Assembly (NCBI GenBank): GCA_965202665.1
Contig: OZ241841.1
Location: 480,001-544,000, forward strand
Length of the DNA stretch: 64,000 bases
DNA from: Candidatus Spongiisociaceae bacterium
Lineage (GTDB): Bacteria; Actinomycetota; Acidimicrobiia; Spongiisociales; Spongiisociaceae
Direction: 5' to 3'
The notes under the pieces are model-generated. The model ran no database searches. It worked only from the letters and a program-made list of their open reading frames with translations, and was not told the origin of the DNA. The position numbers and the translations under genes are program-made. Below are positions 9,801 to 19,668 of the stretch, piece by piece. Numbering within the stretch: position 1 is the first letter of the stretch; each line of letters starts with the position of its first letter.

Positions 9801-12378
9801 ACAGGGTCTTCTGCTCCCCGACCATCACATCCGTATCCGCTTTTACAGTCACCCCCAAATCATCATCGGCGATAACCAACGATGTTCCGCTGACCGAAAA
9901 CCCCGTCGCGCTGCCCCCAATGTCGATGCTCTCCGCTCCCTCCGCGATCGTATCCCCGTCAATTAGCAAACCGGTCAACGCCGTAGCCGAGCTGGAGATG
10001 GAACCAGCCGGGATGCTCAACGTCAACGCCGTGCCCGGAGCGGTGAAATCCGCCGCCTCCGCGTTCTCACCCTCGCTGAACGACAACGTAACAGACGTGG
10101 CCCCGGTCAGCTCCGAAGTAGACGCCCCCGCAAACGCGGCCATCACCGACGCCGCACCCGCGTTTGTCGCTCCCTCGCCCACCGACGACGAGCTGAGCGT
10201 CAACTCTATCATTTCCGTGATTTTCAAATCCGCGGGAATAACCGTAAACCCGGCAGCGGAACCGGCGAACCGAATCGTTTCCTCCCCCTCCGCCACCGTG
10301 TCCGACAGGGGAGTAATGGTCACATCCGCGGTTGCCGACGTATCACCCGACGGGATCACCAAGTCCACCGTTTCCGCTCCCCGGTCGTAGTCGCCGCTCG
10401 AACAAGACCGGGACTGGCCGCTCCCCGAACACACCCCCACCGTCGCCGTCCCACCCATAGCACCCACGTCTACGACGACGGACGTCTGCGAAGTCACCGC
10501 GGTTTCGGCGGTGGCTTTCACCCGCACCCTCCGCGCCCCCCCACCCTCCGCTACCCCCGCCAACGCCGCCTCCCCGCTCGCCGCCTCATGCAAAGACAAA
10601 TCCACCCGCGTCCCCGCATCGATAATCGGCAAATCCACCGACTCCACCACCACATCCGACCCGCCCACCGACGCCGTACCCGACACCACCATCTTCTCCC
10701 CCGACTCACCCGTACCATCATCAAGAACCGTCACCGTAAACGTTTCGCTCGCCGACGTCCCACCCGCCGGAATGGAAATCGTGGTCGCATTACCCGTCAA
10801 ACTGGTACAAGCATCATCCCCGCCAGACACCGGACACGACGACGACAAAGCCGCCCCGCCCTCCCCCGCCACCGTCACCGCCACATCAGTAGCAGCTGTC
10901 AGAATAGACGACGACCCCTTAAACCGAGCCGTCACCCTAACCTGCTGCGCCCCCGCCTGCTCCTCCACCGACGACGGAGACACCTCCAACTCAACATCAG
11001 CGTCATCATCATAAATAGTCAACACAGACGACCGAGCGTCCCCCAACGCCGACGACCCACCCACCAAAAAAGTCTCCGGCCCCTCCACCACCGCATCATC
11101 GGTGATCGTCAACCCCGCCAACGTCGCCGTACCCGACGCAGTCACACTCCTAGCCGGAAAAGAAATCGTATTCGCCGTCGACGGAGCATACGAAAAATCA
11201 GCCGCCGCCGCCTTCCCCGCCCCCGCCGGAGTCTGCGCCTCCGCCGACAACGTCACCACCGTCGCCGAAGAAATCACCGACGACGTCGCATTCCAAAAAG
11301 CAGCCGCCACCGACACCCCCGAACCAGACGCCCCCTCCTCCAACACAGCCTGATTCCCATCTTCGCCACCATCGGTATCCACCGTAAAACCCACCCGATT
11401 CGCATCCTTGACAGTAAGCGGGGTTGGGAACGCCGTCCAACCCATCGGAACACCTTGATTTAGCCTAACGTAAAATATCTCATCCGGCTCCACCACCCTA
11501 TCTCTCATAACCCTCAGACCTATATAAGAGATACCACCACCCACACCACTGTGAGTAGACTGAGAAACAGTATTGGCGGGTATGGTCATCCGCTGAATCT
11601 CGTCCCAATTATGTAATTGGTAGACATCGGTGGGACTGCCTTTCGAATCTTTCTGTATAGCGGTCCCGCTATCGAAATACAATTGCATATCCGCCAAAGC
11701 TTGGCCGTATGTCGAAGAAGTAGACTGGGTGAACACACCATTCGTCACCCCACCCAATACAGCCGTCGGTGCAGGTTCATATATATGACCATCGGGTCTA
11801 TTCATAGATTCACCCTCTTCCTTCTCCGGCAAAACCTCATACGACATGTTCACCTTAATCGCCCGATCCTGATCGGTGATAGTCAAAGTAGTCCCAGTCA
11901 CCGTATACCCAGACTTAGAAGCGGTACCGGAGAAGGTGATAGTCTCATGCTCCTCCGTAATCCTATCCGCCCGCGTAAAAAGTTGCCAAGGGATTATATT
12001 ATAACCGATCGTCTGACCCACACCAATAGTAACATTAAAATTAGTAGATGAGTCAATACACGCATCACCACCTCGACACTCCATCCTAGTTTCCAGTAGG
12101 GTAACGGTCCTGTACACATTATTTACGGTAGCGGTCCCACCCCGAGTAACCGTCACCGTCACACTAGAAGTCACCGCCGAAGGCACCGACGCCCTCAAAA
12201 AAAGGTACTTACCCGAAGTAGCACTGTCCTCCCCCACCGAAGTGATCGCGGCTCTGGCGCTCGTCGCCTCCACCACGCTGAGCGTAATCGCCGTCTGCGC
12301 CCCCACCGCCGCCGGCGCAACCGGCAACACCGACCACACCAACCCCGCCGCCAACGACAACACCGCCAACCGCCGCAT
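6817..12378 (-). CDS. Giant secreted Calx-beta-like repeat/SLH protein, paralogue 2 (about 1853 aa, short form)
   Basis: ORF 6817..12429; start moved to ATG 12378 (MRRLAVLSLAAGLVWS, GGAGG upstream). Repeated D-x3-EG-x-ET...L-x-I-x-DDD motifs typical of Calx-beta domains. Poly-Pro/Gly linker. C-terminal repeats with TRRQMA/TRADMA/TRAQMA, SLH-like. Confidence 0.9.
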   Translation of the reverse strand: MRRLAVLSLAAGLVWSVLPVAPAAVGAQTAITLSVVEATSARAAITSVGEDSATSGKYLFLRASVPSAVTSSVTVTVTRGGTATVNNVYRTVTLLETRMECRGGDACIDSSTNFNVTIGVGQTIGYNIIPWQLFTRADRITEEHETITFSGTASKSGYTVTGTTLTITDQDRAIKVNMSYEVLPEKEEGESMNRPDGHIYEPAPTAVLGGVTNGVFTQSTSSTYGQALADMQLYFDSGTAIQKDSKGSPTDVYQLHNWDEIQRMTIPANTVSQSTHSGVGGGISYIGLRVMRDRVVEPDEIFYVRLNQGVPMGWTAFPTPLTVKDANRVGFTVDTDGGEDGNQAVLEEGASGSGVSVAAAFWNATSSVISSATVVTLSAEAQTPAGAGKAAAADFSYAPSTANTISFPARSVTASGTATLAGLTITDDAVVEGPETFLVGGSSALGDARSSVLTIYDDDADVELEVSPSSVEEQAGAQQVRVTARFKGSSSILTAATDVAVTVAGEGGAALSSSCPVSGGDDACTSLTGNATTISIPAGGTSASETFTVTVLDDGTGESGEKMVVSGTASVGGSDVVVESVDLPIIDAGTRVDLSLHEAASGEAALAGVAEGGGARRVRVKATAETAVTSQTSVVVDVGAMGGTATVGVCSGSGQSRSCSSGDYDRGAETVDLVIPSGDTSATADVTITPLSDTVAEGEETIRFAGSAAGFTVIPADLKITEMIELTLSSSSVGEGATNAGAASVMAAFAGASTSELTGATSVTLSFSEGENAEAADFTAPGTALTLSIPAGSISSSATALTGLLIDGDTIAEGAESIDIGGSATGFSVSGTSLVIADDDLGVTVKADTDVMVGEQKTLSEGATAAVRVQARFTSATSNDLGSALQVRVTAGVSSPQSAAGGGVDFTAPATPVTVSIPAGQSSLASPWVNLSGLSVADDAETEAAETFAITGTVVGRSGVTVTSDTLTIGASDTALEVTASPGTVYESGAAHDVTVTAGFAGASSSALAAGTDVTVAVAAGDSNGATMAASCSAIGQNDVCTDQTGNSFTITIPAGEVSHTGTFKLTARDDGTQEATTETVKITGSATVAGESESDTDTINVVDSAITLTLAKSGSSVSALDENSGSSTIRVTATLPTGVTVPSGGVVVGLRIAEGSTAVAASNNVWADGEDYRVTWPSKPTGTPGGYSTGITIAQGSTNSFADVTIVVNDDSVAEPAKTILFEGSDVTISADTYQTVDASLTLNDNDSPPTVIDVSLYEDDGGEVGAELTQVPEGGTSTTVRVRAAFQGTATRSAATFVPIVVGKPSGEATEGTDYETVGDFTVAIPAYQSSGVSSFVLRTDGTYNDAAFEGPETLTVAGGTLAGFTIGEDTLSILDDDLTVILAVTPDEVTEGDANITLSLRAAYPGTETLGASQTVSLAYGGTASSSDFTASALADMTISANQNSATPQTITLSAVADDNIAEGDETLQIIGTLAGFTVEPATLTIKDNDAPPTSVQISLSRTSVAETTGATAAIATRFPAGSNPLSTDTAVTFSLGGDAIRNSDYRISNLTAVIPAGQTQAPNLTITIINDNTPERAERIVLTATAPAGLTPSPATLTLAIPANDAPPPSPSGGGGSGGGGGGGGGGGGGGGGGGGGGTPPPAAPPPAPAPPPEPVCQGRFCDDDGSVHEANIERIAGWRITLGCDTEDSTKYCPGAQITRRQMAAFLHRAVSQRWTIQPPEDIEISDVPADAWYRTYAEWGVSVNAFALTDGNFNPGGVVTRADMAIMMIAAFPHLQSVEEPQNLFQDATGLDPAIIRAIEGMYGRGVTRGCATTPLNYCPNKPVTRAQMASFFVRAVNLAPAATGGN

Positions 12379-12429
12379 CACCCAACCTCCAATCCTCCAC
12401 ACGGCGCCGCGAACCGGCACCCTACGCAA

Positions 12430-12456
12430 ACGCTACCCCCCCCCCCAATATGTCAA
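12430..12456 (-). promoter_or_regulatory. Promoter with G11 tract (TTGACA-TATT-G11-TAGCGT, 15-nt spacer)
   Basis: -35 at 12451-12456, C11 at 12436-12446, -10 at 12430-12435. Confidence 0.85.
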
Positions 12457-12597
12457 GTCAATCCCCCGCGCCAAGCGGTCGCGTAAACCGGGACATGTCA
12501 GTTGCGATGACCGCACCTTCCTGCACGTTGGGCTGTAACTCCGCTTAGGTCGCCAAGAAAGCCGCCGGTTGGTACGCGGAGCGGAGGGGGGCGGGGG

Positions 12598-15500
12598 TTA
12601 TGAGCCGGCGGCGGCGGGGGCGAGGTTGACGGCGCGGACGAAGAAGGAGGCCATCTGCGCTCTGGTTACGGGTTTGTTGGGGCAGTAGTTGAGGGGGGTG
12701 GTGGTGCAGCCTCTGGTTACGCTTCTGCCGTACATTCCTTCGATGGCCCGTATTATCGTCGGGTCTAGTCCTGTTGCGTCTTGGAAGAGGTTTTGGGGTT
12801 CTTCTACGGGTTGGAGGTGGGGGAAGGCGGCGATCATCATGATGGCCATGTCGGCTCGGGTTACTACTCCGCCGGGGTTGAAGTTTCCGTCGGTGAGTTC
12901 GAAGGCGTTTATGGAGACGCCCCATTCGGCGTAGGTGCGGTACCAGGCGTCTTGGGATACGTCGTTGATTTCTATGTTTTGGGGGTTTTGGATGGTCCAG
13001 CGTTGGCTGACGGCGCGGTGGAGGAAGGCGGCCATTTGCCTGCGGGTGATTTGGGCTCCGGGGCAGTATTTGGTGGAGTCGGTGGCGTCGCAGCCGAGGG
13101 TGATTCTCCATCCGGCTATCCGTTCGATGTTGGCTTCATGGACGCTGCCGTCGTCGTCGCAGAATCGTCCTTGGCATGCCGGTTCGGGGGGAGGCGCGGG
13201 GGCGGGTGGGGGCGCGGTCGGCGGGGCGGCCGGGGGCGGTGGGGCTGGGGCGCCGCCGCCTCCTCCTCCGCCGCCACCTCCTCCGCCGCCACCTCCCCCG
13301 CCGCCACCTCCGCCTCCGGCGGGCGGGTTTCCTCCGCTGGGAGCGGGGGGTGGGGCGGGGGGTGGGGCGTCGTTGTCGGTGATGGTGAGGGTGAGGGTGG
13401 AGGGGTTGGGGGTTAATCCGGCTGGGGTGGCGGCGGTGAGGACGATTCGTTCGTTTGGTTCGTCGTCGGTGTCATGGAGGATGGTTATGGTGAGGTTGGG
13501 GGCTTGGGTTTGCCCGGCGGGGATGACCGCGGTCAGGCTGTTTATTCGGTAGTCGGAGTTGCGTTGGGCGTTTCCGCTGAGGGTGAAAGCGACGGCGGTG
13601 TCGGTGGGGAGCGTGTCGGACCCGGCGGGTAAGCGGGTGGCGATGGTAGCGGTAGCGCCGGTAGTTTCAGCCAGGTTGTTGGCGGAGAGGCTGATTTGGA
13701 TGCCGGCGGGCCGGTCGTCGTCGTCTTTGATAGTGAAGACGGCGGGGGTGACGGCGTATCCGGCGACCGTTCCGGTTATTTGCAAGGTTTCGTCTCCCTC
13801 GGCAATGCTGTCTTCGGTGGTTTGCAGGGCGAAGGTGGGGAGGGTGGCGCTGTTTTGGTTGGCGGGGATGGTCAGAGAGGTAAGAGAGGGGGCGGTGTAG
13901 TCAGCTCCGGCGACGGCGTCTCCTCCGAGGGCCAGGTTTACGGTTTGGGAAGTGGTGAGGGCCGCGCCCGGGTAGGCGGCTCGCAGGGTTGCGGCCGCGA
14001 CCGCGTCGCCTTCGTTCACCTCGTCTGGGGTGAGGGTGAGGGTGATGGTTTCGTCGTCGATGATGGTGAGGGTGTCTTGCCCGATAGTGAAACCGGCGAG
14101 GGTTCCGCCGGCGACGGTCAACGTTTCGTTCCCTTCAAGGTTTTCGTCGTCATATGTTCCGTCGGTTTTGAGGGTGAAAGTGCCGGTTCCGCTGGTTTGG
14201 TAGGGGTCGATCACCAAGTTGAAGGCGCTTACCGTTTGATAATCGGTTCCTGGTGTGGATTCCCCGGCGGCTTTACCGACCACAATCGGCACGGAAGTTG
14301 CGGCGGAGCGGGTGACGGTTCCCTGAAAAGAAGCCCGCACCCACACTACATCTTCGCCGCCTTCAGGTACTTGGGTAAGCGCCGCCCCGATGTCGCCTTC
14401 GTCGTCGCGGTGGAGGGCGAGGTCGATGTTGGCGGGCGGGTCGTCGTTGTCGCTGATAGTAAGCGCGGCGGCTACCGCGTGGTAGACGACGCTGCTGATG
14501 GTTACCGTGCTGCCGTTGACGGTTATGGTTTTGTCCGGTTCGTCTACGCTGTCGTCGTTTACCGTGATGGTAATATCGGCGGCGCCGCTGGTTTGCCCCT
14601 GCGCGATGGTGACGCCGGTGGCGTATCCATCAGGAGTGGAGGCTGGTTTGGGGGGCAGGCTGATCCGGTAGTCTTCTTGTTCCGTCCAGACGTTGTCGGA
14701 GTCCGCAGTAGCGCTACCGGCTATGTTCAGGCCTACAACCACCCCGCCGGAGGGGACGGTCGTACCGGTGGGGATGGTGGCGGTCACCCGTATGGTGGCA
14801 GACGCGCTGCTCTCGGACAACGTAGATATGGCGTTGTTGTTGGAGGCGTTGGTTAGGGAAAGGGTGATGCCGCTGTCTACAACGTTGATAGTGTCGGAAT
14901 CCGATTCTGATTCTCCGGCGACGGTGGCCGAGCCGGTTATTTTCACCTTTTCCACGCTTTCCGGCGTGTTGTCGTCCCGGGCGGTCAGCTGGAACGTTCC
15001 CGTATGGCTGGTTTGCCCGGCGGGGATGGTGACGGTAAACGAGTTGCCCGTCTGATCGGTGCAAACATCGTTCTGTCCGATCGCGGAGCACGACGCCGCT
15101 ACCGTCGCTGGGTCGGTGTCCCCGGCCGCTACCGCTACCGTCACCGCGGTGCCCGCCGACAAAGCCGATGAGGTCGCTCCGGCGAACCCGGCGGTCACCC
15201 TTATCGTATGAGCAGAACCGCTTTCATGCACCGTCCCCGGCGACGCGGCAACCTCCAAAGCGGTGTCGCTGGCCCCGATAGTCAACGTATCCGAAGTTAT
15301 CGTCACGTCGCTTCTCCCGGAAACGGTACCGGTGATGGCAAAGGTCTCCGCCGGTTCAGTCACAGTGTCGTCCGTAACCGCAAGTCCTGTCAGGTTCGCC
15401 CATGCGCTTTCCAGGCTGCTTGTACCGGTGGGAATGGACACCGTAACCGGCGTAGCGGGAGCGGTGAAATCTGTTCCCCCGCCCACCGCCGACTCCGGCG

Positions 15501-18500
15501 ACGAAACCCCGGCGGCGACGCGCACCTGCAGAGCGGAACCTAAATCATTGGAGGTAGCGGTGGTGAACTTGGCCCGTACCCGCACCGCGGGGGTGGTTCC
15601 TTCCGACAGGTTTTTTTGCTCCCCGTTCATTACGCTGTCCGTATCCGCCTCTACGGTCACTCCCAAATCGTCGTCTGCTATCTCCAGCTCGGTTCCGCTG
15701 ACTCGGAAGCCCCCCGCCGTGCCTCCGATGTCGATCTTCTCCGCTCCCTCGGCGATGGCATCCCCCGTGATCAGCAAACCGGTCAAGGCGGTAGCCGAGC
15801 TGGAGACGGAACCAGCGGGGATGCTCACCGTTAGCGCGGCGCCCGGGGCGGTGAAATCCGCCGCTTCCGCGTCCTCACCCGCCCCGAAAGTCAACGTGAC
15901 ATCCGTTGCTTGGGTGAGTAAGGAGCTAGACGCCCCAGCAAAGGAAGCCGTCACCGACGCCGCTCCCGCGTTTCCCGCTCCCTCACCCACCGAAGACCGG
16001 CTGACCGTCAACTGGATGGCTTCAGTGATGGACAGGTCGGCGGAGTCGGGCAGATACCCAGTAGCGGAGGCGGTGAAACGAATAGTTTCCGCCCCCTCGG
16101 CTGTTCCATCATCCCGGGGAGTGAGCACAACGTCGGCTGTTCCATCGGCTTGGTTGCTGTTGATGGTGATAGTCGCGGTGGCGCTCCCGCGGGTGTAATC
16201 CCCAGTGGATCCCAGGGTGGCGGTCCCGCCTGCGGCCCCCACGTTTACGGTCACTGTGGTAGCCGACGCGGCGTTTCCGCCGAGGGTGGCTTTCACCCGT
16301 ACCGTCTGCGCGCCCCCGTCCTCGGTAATACCCGACAGGGCAGGGTCGCCGCTGGAGGCCTGATGGAAGGACAAAGTAATCTGCCGGTCTGGGTCGTAAA
16401 CGCCCATCTGGGCGGGAGCTACCGAGCCTATGGAAGTAGCACCGGTGAGCTTCAAGTATTCGATATCCTCGGTGTTATCCTCGTCGACGCGGGCTCGCAT
16501 TTGGAAGGAACCCGAGGCGTTGACGTCCCCGGCGGGGATGCTGATCGTAAACTGATTGTTCGTTTGGTCGGTGCACACATCCGCCGATGACGAAAAAGGA
16601 CACGCCGCCGTCTGTACCCCTGCCCAGTTGGTGTCCGCTGGGGCGACTGTCACTGTTACCGGAGTCGCCGCCGACAACACCGAAGTGGCCCCCTGGAAAC
16701 GGGCGGTTACCGTAATCTGATGCGCCGCCGCTTGCTCCACCACCTCCGCCGGAGACGCCGACAAAGTCACGTCAACGTCATCATCAACGATAGTCACCGT
16801 GTCCGAAGCCACCGTCGCGCCGCCCGTTGCGGTACCGGTGACGAGAAACGTCTCCGACCCTTCCGCTACCGTATCATCCGCTACCGACAACCCGGTGAGA
16901 TCCGCCCAGCTGCTTTGCAAGCTGGTCGACCCGGTTGGTATAGACAACACCACCGCCGTACCGGGAGCTGTGAAATCAACACCCCCTCCAGTCGCCGACG
17001 CCGGCGACGAAGCCCCCGCGGTGACGCTTATTTGCAGAGCGGATCCTAAACCATTGGAAGTGGCGCTAGTGAAAGCGGCACGCACCCGCACCGCCGCCGC
17101 CTCACCCTCCGACAGGTTTCTCTGCACCCCGGACGCGCTGTCCGTGTCCACCGTCAAAGTAACCCCCATATCATCGTCGGTTATCGCCAACTCCGTTCCG
17201 CTCACCCCAAACCCCTCCGCCGTCCCCCCAACATCGATTTTCTCCTCCCCTTCCGCGATCGCATCCCCCGTAATAAGCAAACCAGACAAAGCGGTAGCGG
17301 AACTAGAAGTGGAAAAAGCCGGGATGCTCAACGTCAACGCCGGGGCGGTGAAATCCTGAGCCTCCGCGTTCTCGCCCGCCCCAAACGACAACGTAACAAC
17401 CGTCGCCCCGCTCAACTCTGAAGTAGTCGCCCCCGCGAAGGCGGCCGTCACCGTCGCCGCTCCCGCGTTCGTTGCGCCCTCGCCAACCGATGACTGGCTA
17501 AGCGTCAACGTAATCTCTTCCGTGATTTTCAAATCAACGGGAAACACCGTGAACCCGGAAGCGGAACCGGTAAATCGAACAGTTTCCTCCCCCTCCGCCA
17601 CCGTATCCGACAAAGGAGTGATCGTCACATCCGCCGTCCCGGAAGTCTCACCCGACGCAATCGTCACATCCACCGTCTCCGCCCCCCGATCATAATCACC
17701 GCTCGCGCAAGACCGGGACTGACCGCTCCCCGAGCACGTCCCCAAAGTCGCCGTCCCCCCCGCCGCCCCCACGTTCACGCTAATGGTCGTGTCCGAGGTC
17801 ACCGCCGCCCCCGCAGTAGCCTTCACCCGCACCGTCTCCGCCCCTCCATCCTCCGCTATCCCAGCCAACGCCGCCTCCCCGCTCGTCGCCTCATGCAACG
17901 ACAAATCCACCCGCGTCCCCGCGTCGATAATCGGCAAATCCGCCGACTCCACCGCCACCGCTGTCCCACCCACCGACGCCGCCCCCGACACCGTCAACTT
18001 CTCCCCCGTCTCGCTCGTACTATCATCAGAAACCGTCACCATAAACGTGTCGCTCCCCGACGTCGCACCCGCCGGAATAGACACCGTCATCTGATTATTA
18101 GTCAAACTAGTACAAGCATCGTTCGTATTCGCCGGACACCCCAAAGAAGCCCCGCCCGCCCCCGCCACCGTCACCGCCACGTCAGTAGCCGACGTCAAAA
18201 CCGACGACGAACCCTTAAACCGAGCCGTCACCGTAACCTCCTGCGACCCCGCCTGCTCAGACACCGCCAACGGAGACACCTCCAACTCAATATCAGCATC
18301 GTTGTCATAAATCGTCAACGTGTCCGCCGTAGCGGATCCCAGCGCCGACGACCCACCCACCAGAAAAGTTTCCGGCCCCTCCACTATCGCGTCGTCGGTG
18401 ATCGTCAACCCCGCCAACGTAGCCGTATCCGAAGGAGTGACGCTTCTAGCCGGGAAAGAAATCGTATTCGCCGTGGACGGAGCATACGTGAAATCAGCCG

Positions 18501-19668
18501 ATGTGGCCTTCCCCGCTCCCGCCGGGGTCTGCGCCGTCGCCGACAACGTCACCGTCGTCGCCGAAGAAATCACCGACGACGTCGCGTTCCAAAAACTAGC
18601 CGACACCGACACCCCCGACCCGGAATCCCCCTCCGTCAACACATCCTGATTCCCCATAGCCTCACTATCGGTATCCACCGTCAAATCCACCCGACTATTA
18701 GCATCCTTAACAGTTATCGGTGTCTTATACTGTGTCCAACCCGGAACGTCCACCCTAAGATAAAAAGTCTCATCCAGCTCCACCTTCCCATCAGTTACCG
18801 TTGTTAAAGAAAGTCTAATAGGTGTGAAAGTTCCGGAAAGAGAGTTGGCGTTTATCGTCACAGACAAAGGATCATTCCAATGATCATGCTGATGATAGAT
18901 ATCGTAGGCACCACTTCTATCCGAGTGGCTTACCGTAGCTGTCCCGCTGTCAATTCTTATTTGCTTATCCGAAATATTTTGGCTGTACGTCGAAGAAGTA
19001 GAAGCAGTGAACACACCATTAGTCACCCCACCCACGATAGCCTTCGGCGTAGTAAAATTGCCTTTACCATAGTTAATATAACCCGAAGATTCACCTTCTT
19101 TTAGCTCCGACAATACTAAATAATCCGATGGTACAACTACTTTAACCGCCCGGTCCTGATCGGTAATCGTCAAAGTAGCGTCAGTCACCGTATACCCGGA
19201 AGCGGTGCCGCTGATCAGGATGGTCTTATGATCCTCCGTAATCTTATCCGACTTCAGATAGAATTTAGTGGCAAAACGATCAGTATAGGTAGTAGTGCCC
19301 GCGCTGATTGTTACTGAAGAAGGTACGTTAACACAGTAATCAGCACCATTGCAAACAATCCTCGGAGGACGCCCTAATCTATAATCCTCGGTGGTTCTAG
19401 CATCACGCCATGTTGATCCAGAGGCGGTACCGCTCGGCGTACTATCAAGCGACACCCGCAAATCGGAGGATGGCGCCGAGGTCACCGACGCCTTCAAACG
19501 CAAATCCCTCGAACCGATGTCCTCCCCCAACGCGGTCACCGCGTTGCCCGAAGAATCAACCCAACTGAGCGTAACCACATTTGCCTGCGCCCCCACCCCC
19601 GCAGGCACGGCTGGCAACACCGACAGTACCATCCCCGTCGCCAACGCCAACAGCCCCAGCCGTCGCAT
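12598..19668 (-). CDS. Giant secreted Calx-beta-like repeat/SLH protein, paralogue 3 (about 2356 aa)
   Basis: ORF 12598..19752. The track's TTG start is actually the -35 box; the real start is ATG 19668 (MRRLGLLALATG) with GGAGG. Same architecture as the other paralogues. Confidence 0.9.
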   Translation of the reverse strand: MRRLGLLALATGMVLSVLPAVPAGVGAQANVVTLSWVDSSGNAVTALGEDIGSRDLRLKASVTSAPSSDLRVSLDSTPSGTASGSTWRDARTTEDYRLGRPPRIVCNGADYCVNVPSSVTISAGTTTYTDRFATKFYLKSDKITEDHKTILISGTASGYTVTDATLTITDQDRAVKVVVPSDYLVLSELKEGESSGYINYGKGNFTTPKAIVGGVTNGVFTASTSSTYSQNISDKQIRIDSGTATVSHSDRSGAYDIYHQHDHWNDPLSVTINANSLSGTFTPIRLSLTTVTDGKVELDETFYLRVDVPGWTQYKTPITVKDANSRVDLTVDTDSEAMGNQDVLTEGDSGSGVSVSASFWNATSSVISSATTVTLSATAQTPAGAGKATSADFTYAPSTANTISFPARSVTPSDTATLAGLTITDDAIVEGPETFLVGGSSALGSATADTLTIYDNDADIELEVSPLAVSEQAGSQEVTVTARFKGSSSVLTSATDVAVTVAGAGGASLGCPANTNDACTSLTNNQMTVSIPAGATSGSDTFMVTVSDDSTSETGEKLTVSGAASVGGTAVAVESADLPIIDAGTRVDLSLHEATSGEAALAGIAEDGGAETVRVKATAGAAVTSDTTISVNVGAAGGTATLGTCSGSGQSRSCASGDYDRGAETVDVTIASGETSGTADVTITPLSDTVAEGEETVRFTGSASGFTVFPVDLKITEEITLTLSQSSVGEGATNAGAATVTAAFAGATTSELSGATVVTLSFGAGENAEAQDFTAPALTLSIPAFSTSSSATALSGLLITGDAIAEGEEKIDVGGTAEGFGVSGTELAITDDDMGVTLTVDTDSASGVQRNLSEGEAAAVRVRAAFTSATSNGLGSALQISVTAGASSPASATGGGVDFTAPGTAVVLSIPTGSTSLQSSWADLTGLSVADDTVAEGSETFLVTGTATGGATVASDTVTIVDDDVDVTLSASPAEVVEQAAAHQITVTARFQGATSVLSAATPVTVTVAPADTNWAGVQTAACPFSSSADVCTDQTNNQFTISIPAGDVNASGSFQMRARVDEDNTEDIEYLKLTGATSIGSVAPAQMGVYDPDRQITLSFHQASSGDPALSGITEDGGAQTVRVKATLGGNAASATTVTVNVGAAGGTATLGSTGDYTRGSATATITINSNQADGTADVVLTPRDDGTAEGAETIRFTASATGYLPDSADLSITEAIQLTVSRSSVGEGAGNAGAASVTASFAGASSSLLTQATDVTLTFGAGEDAEAADFTAPGAALTVSIPAGSVSSSATALTGLLITGDAIAEGAEKIDIGGTAGGFRVSGTELEIADDDLGVTVEADTDSVMNGEQKNLSEGTTPAVRVRAKFTTATSNDLGSALQVRVAAGVSSPESAVGGGTDFTAPATPVTVSIPTGTSSLESAWANLTGLAVTDDTVTEPAETFAITGTVSGRSDVTITSDTLTIGASDTALEVAASPGTVHESGSAHTIRVTAGFAGATSSALSAGTAVTVAVAAGDTDPATVAASCSAIGQNDVCTDQTGNSFTVTIPAGQTSHTGTFQLTARDDNTPESVEKVKITGSATVAGESESDSDTINVVDSGITLSLTNASNNNAISTLSESSASATIRVTATIPTGTTVPSGGVVVGLNIAGSATADSDNVWTEQEDYRISLPPKPASTPDGYATGVTIAQGQTSGAADITITVNDDSVDEPDKTITVNGSTVTISSVVYHAVAAALTISDNDDPPANIDLALHRDDEGDIGAALTQVPEGGEDVVWVRASFQGTVTRSAATSVPIVVGKAAGESTPGTDYQTVSAFNLVIDPYQTSGTGTFTLKTDGTYDDENLEGNETLTVAGGTLAGFTIGQDTLTIIDDETITLTLTPDEVNEGDAVAAATLRAAYPGAALTTSQTVNLALGGDAVAGADYTAPSLTSLTIPANQNSATLPTFALQTTEDSIAEGDETLQITGTVAGYAVTPAVFTIKDDDDRPAGIQISLSANNLAETTGATATIATRLPAGSDTLPTDTAVAFTLSGNAQRNSDYRINSLTAVIPAGQTQAPNLTITILHDTDDEPNERIVLTAATPAGLTPNPSTLTLTITDNDAPPPAPPPAPSGGNPPAGGGGGGGGGGGGGGGGGGGGGGAPAPPPPAAPPTAPPPAPAPPPEPACQGRFCDDDGSVHEANIERIAGWRITLGCDATDSTKYCPGAQITRRQMAAFLHRAVSQRWTIQNPQNIEINDVSQDAWYRTYAEWGVSINAFELTDGNFNPGGVVTRADMAIMMIAAFPHLQPVEEPQNLFQDATGLDPTIIRAIEGMYGRSVTRGCTTTPLNYCPNKPVTRAQMASFFVRAVNLAPAAAGS

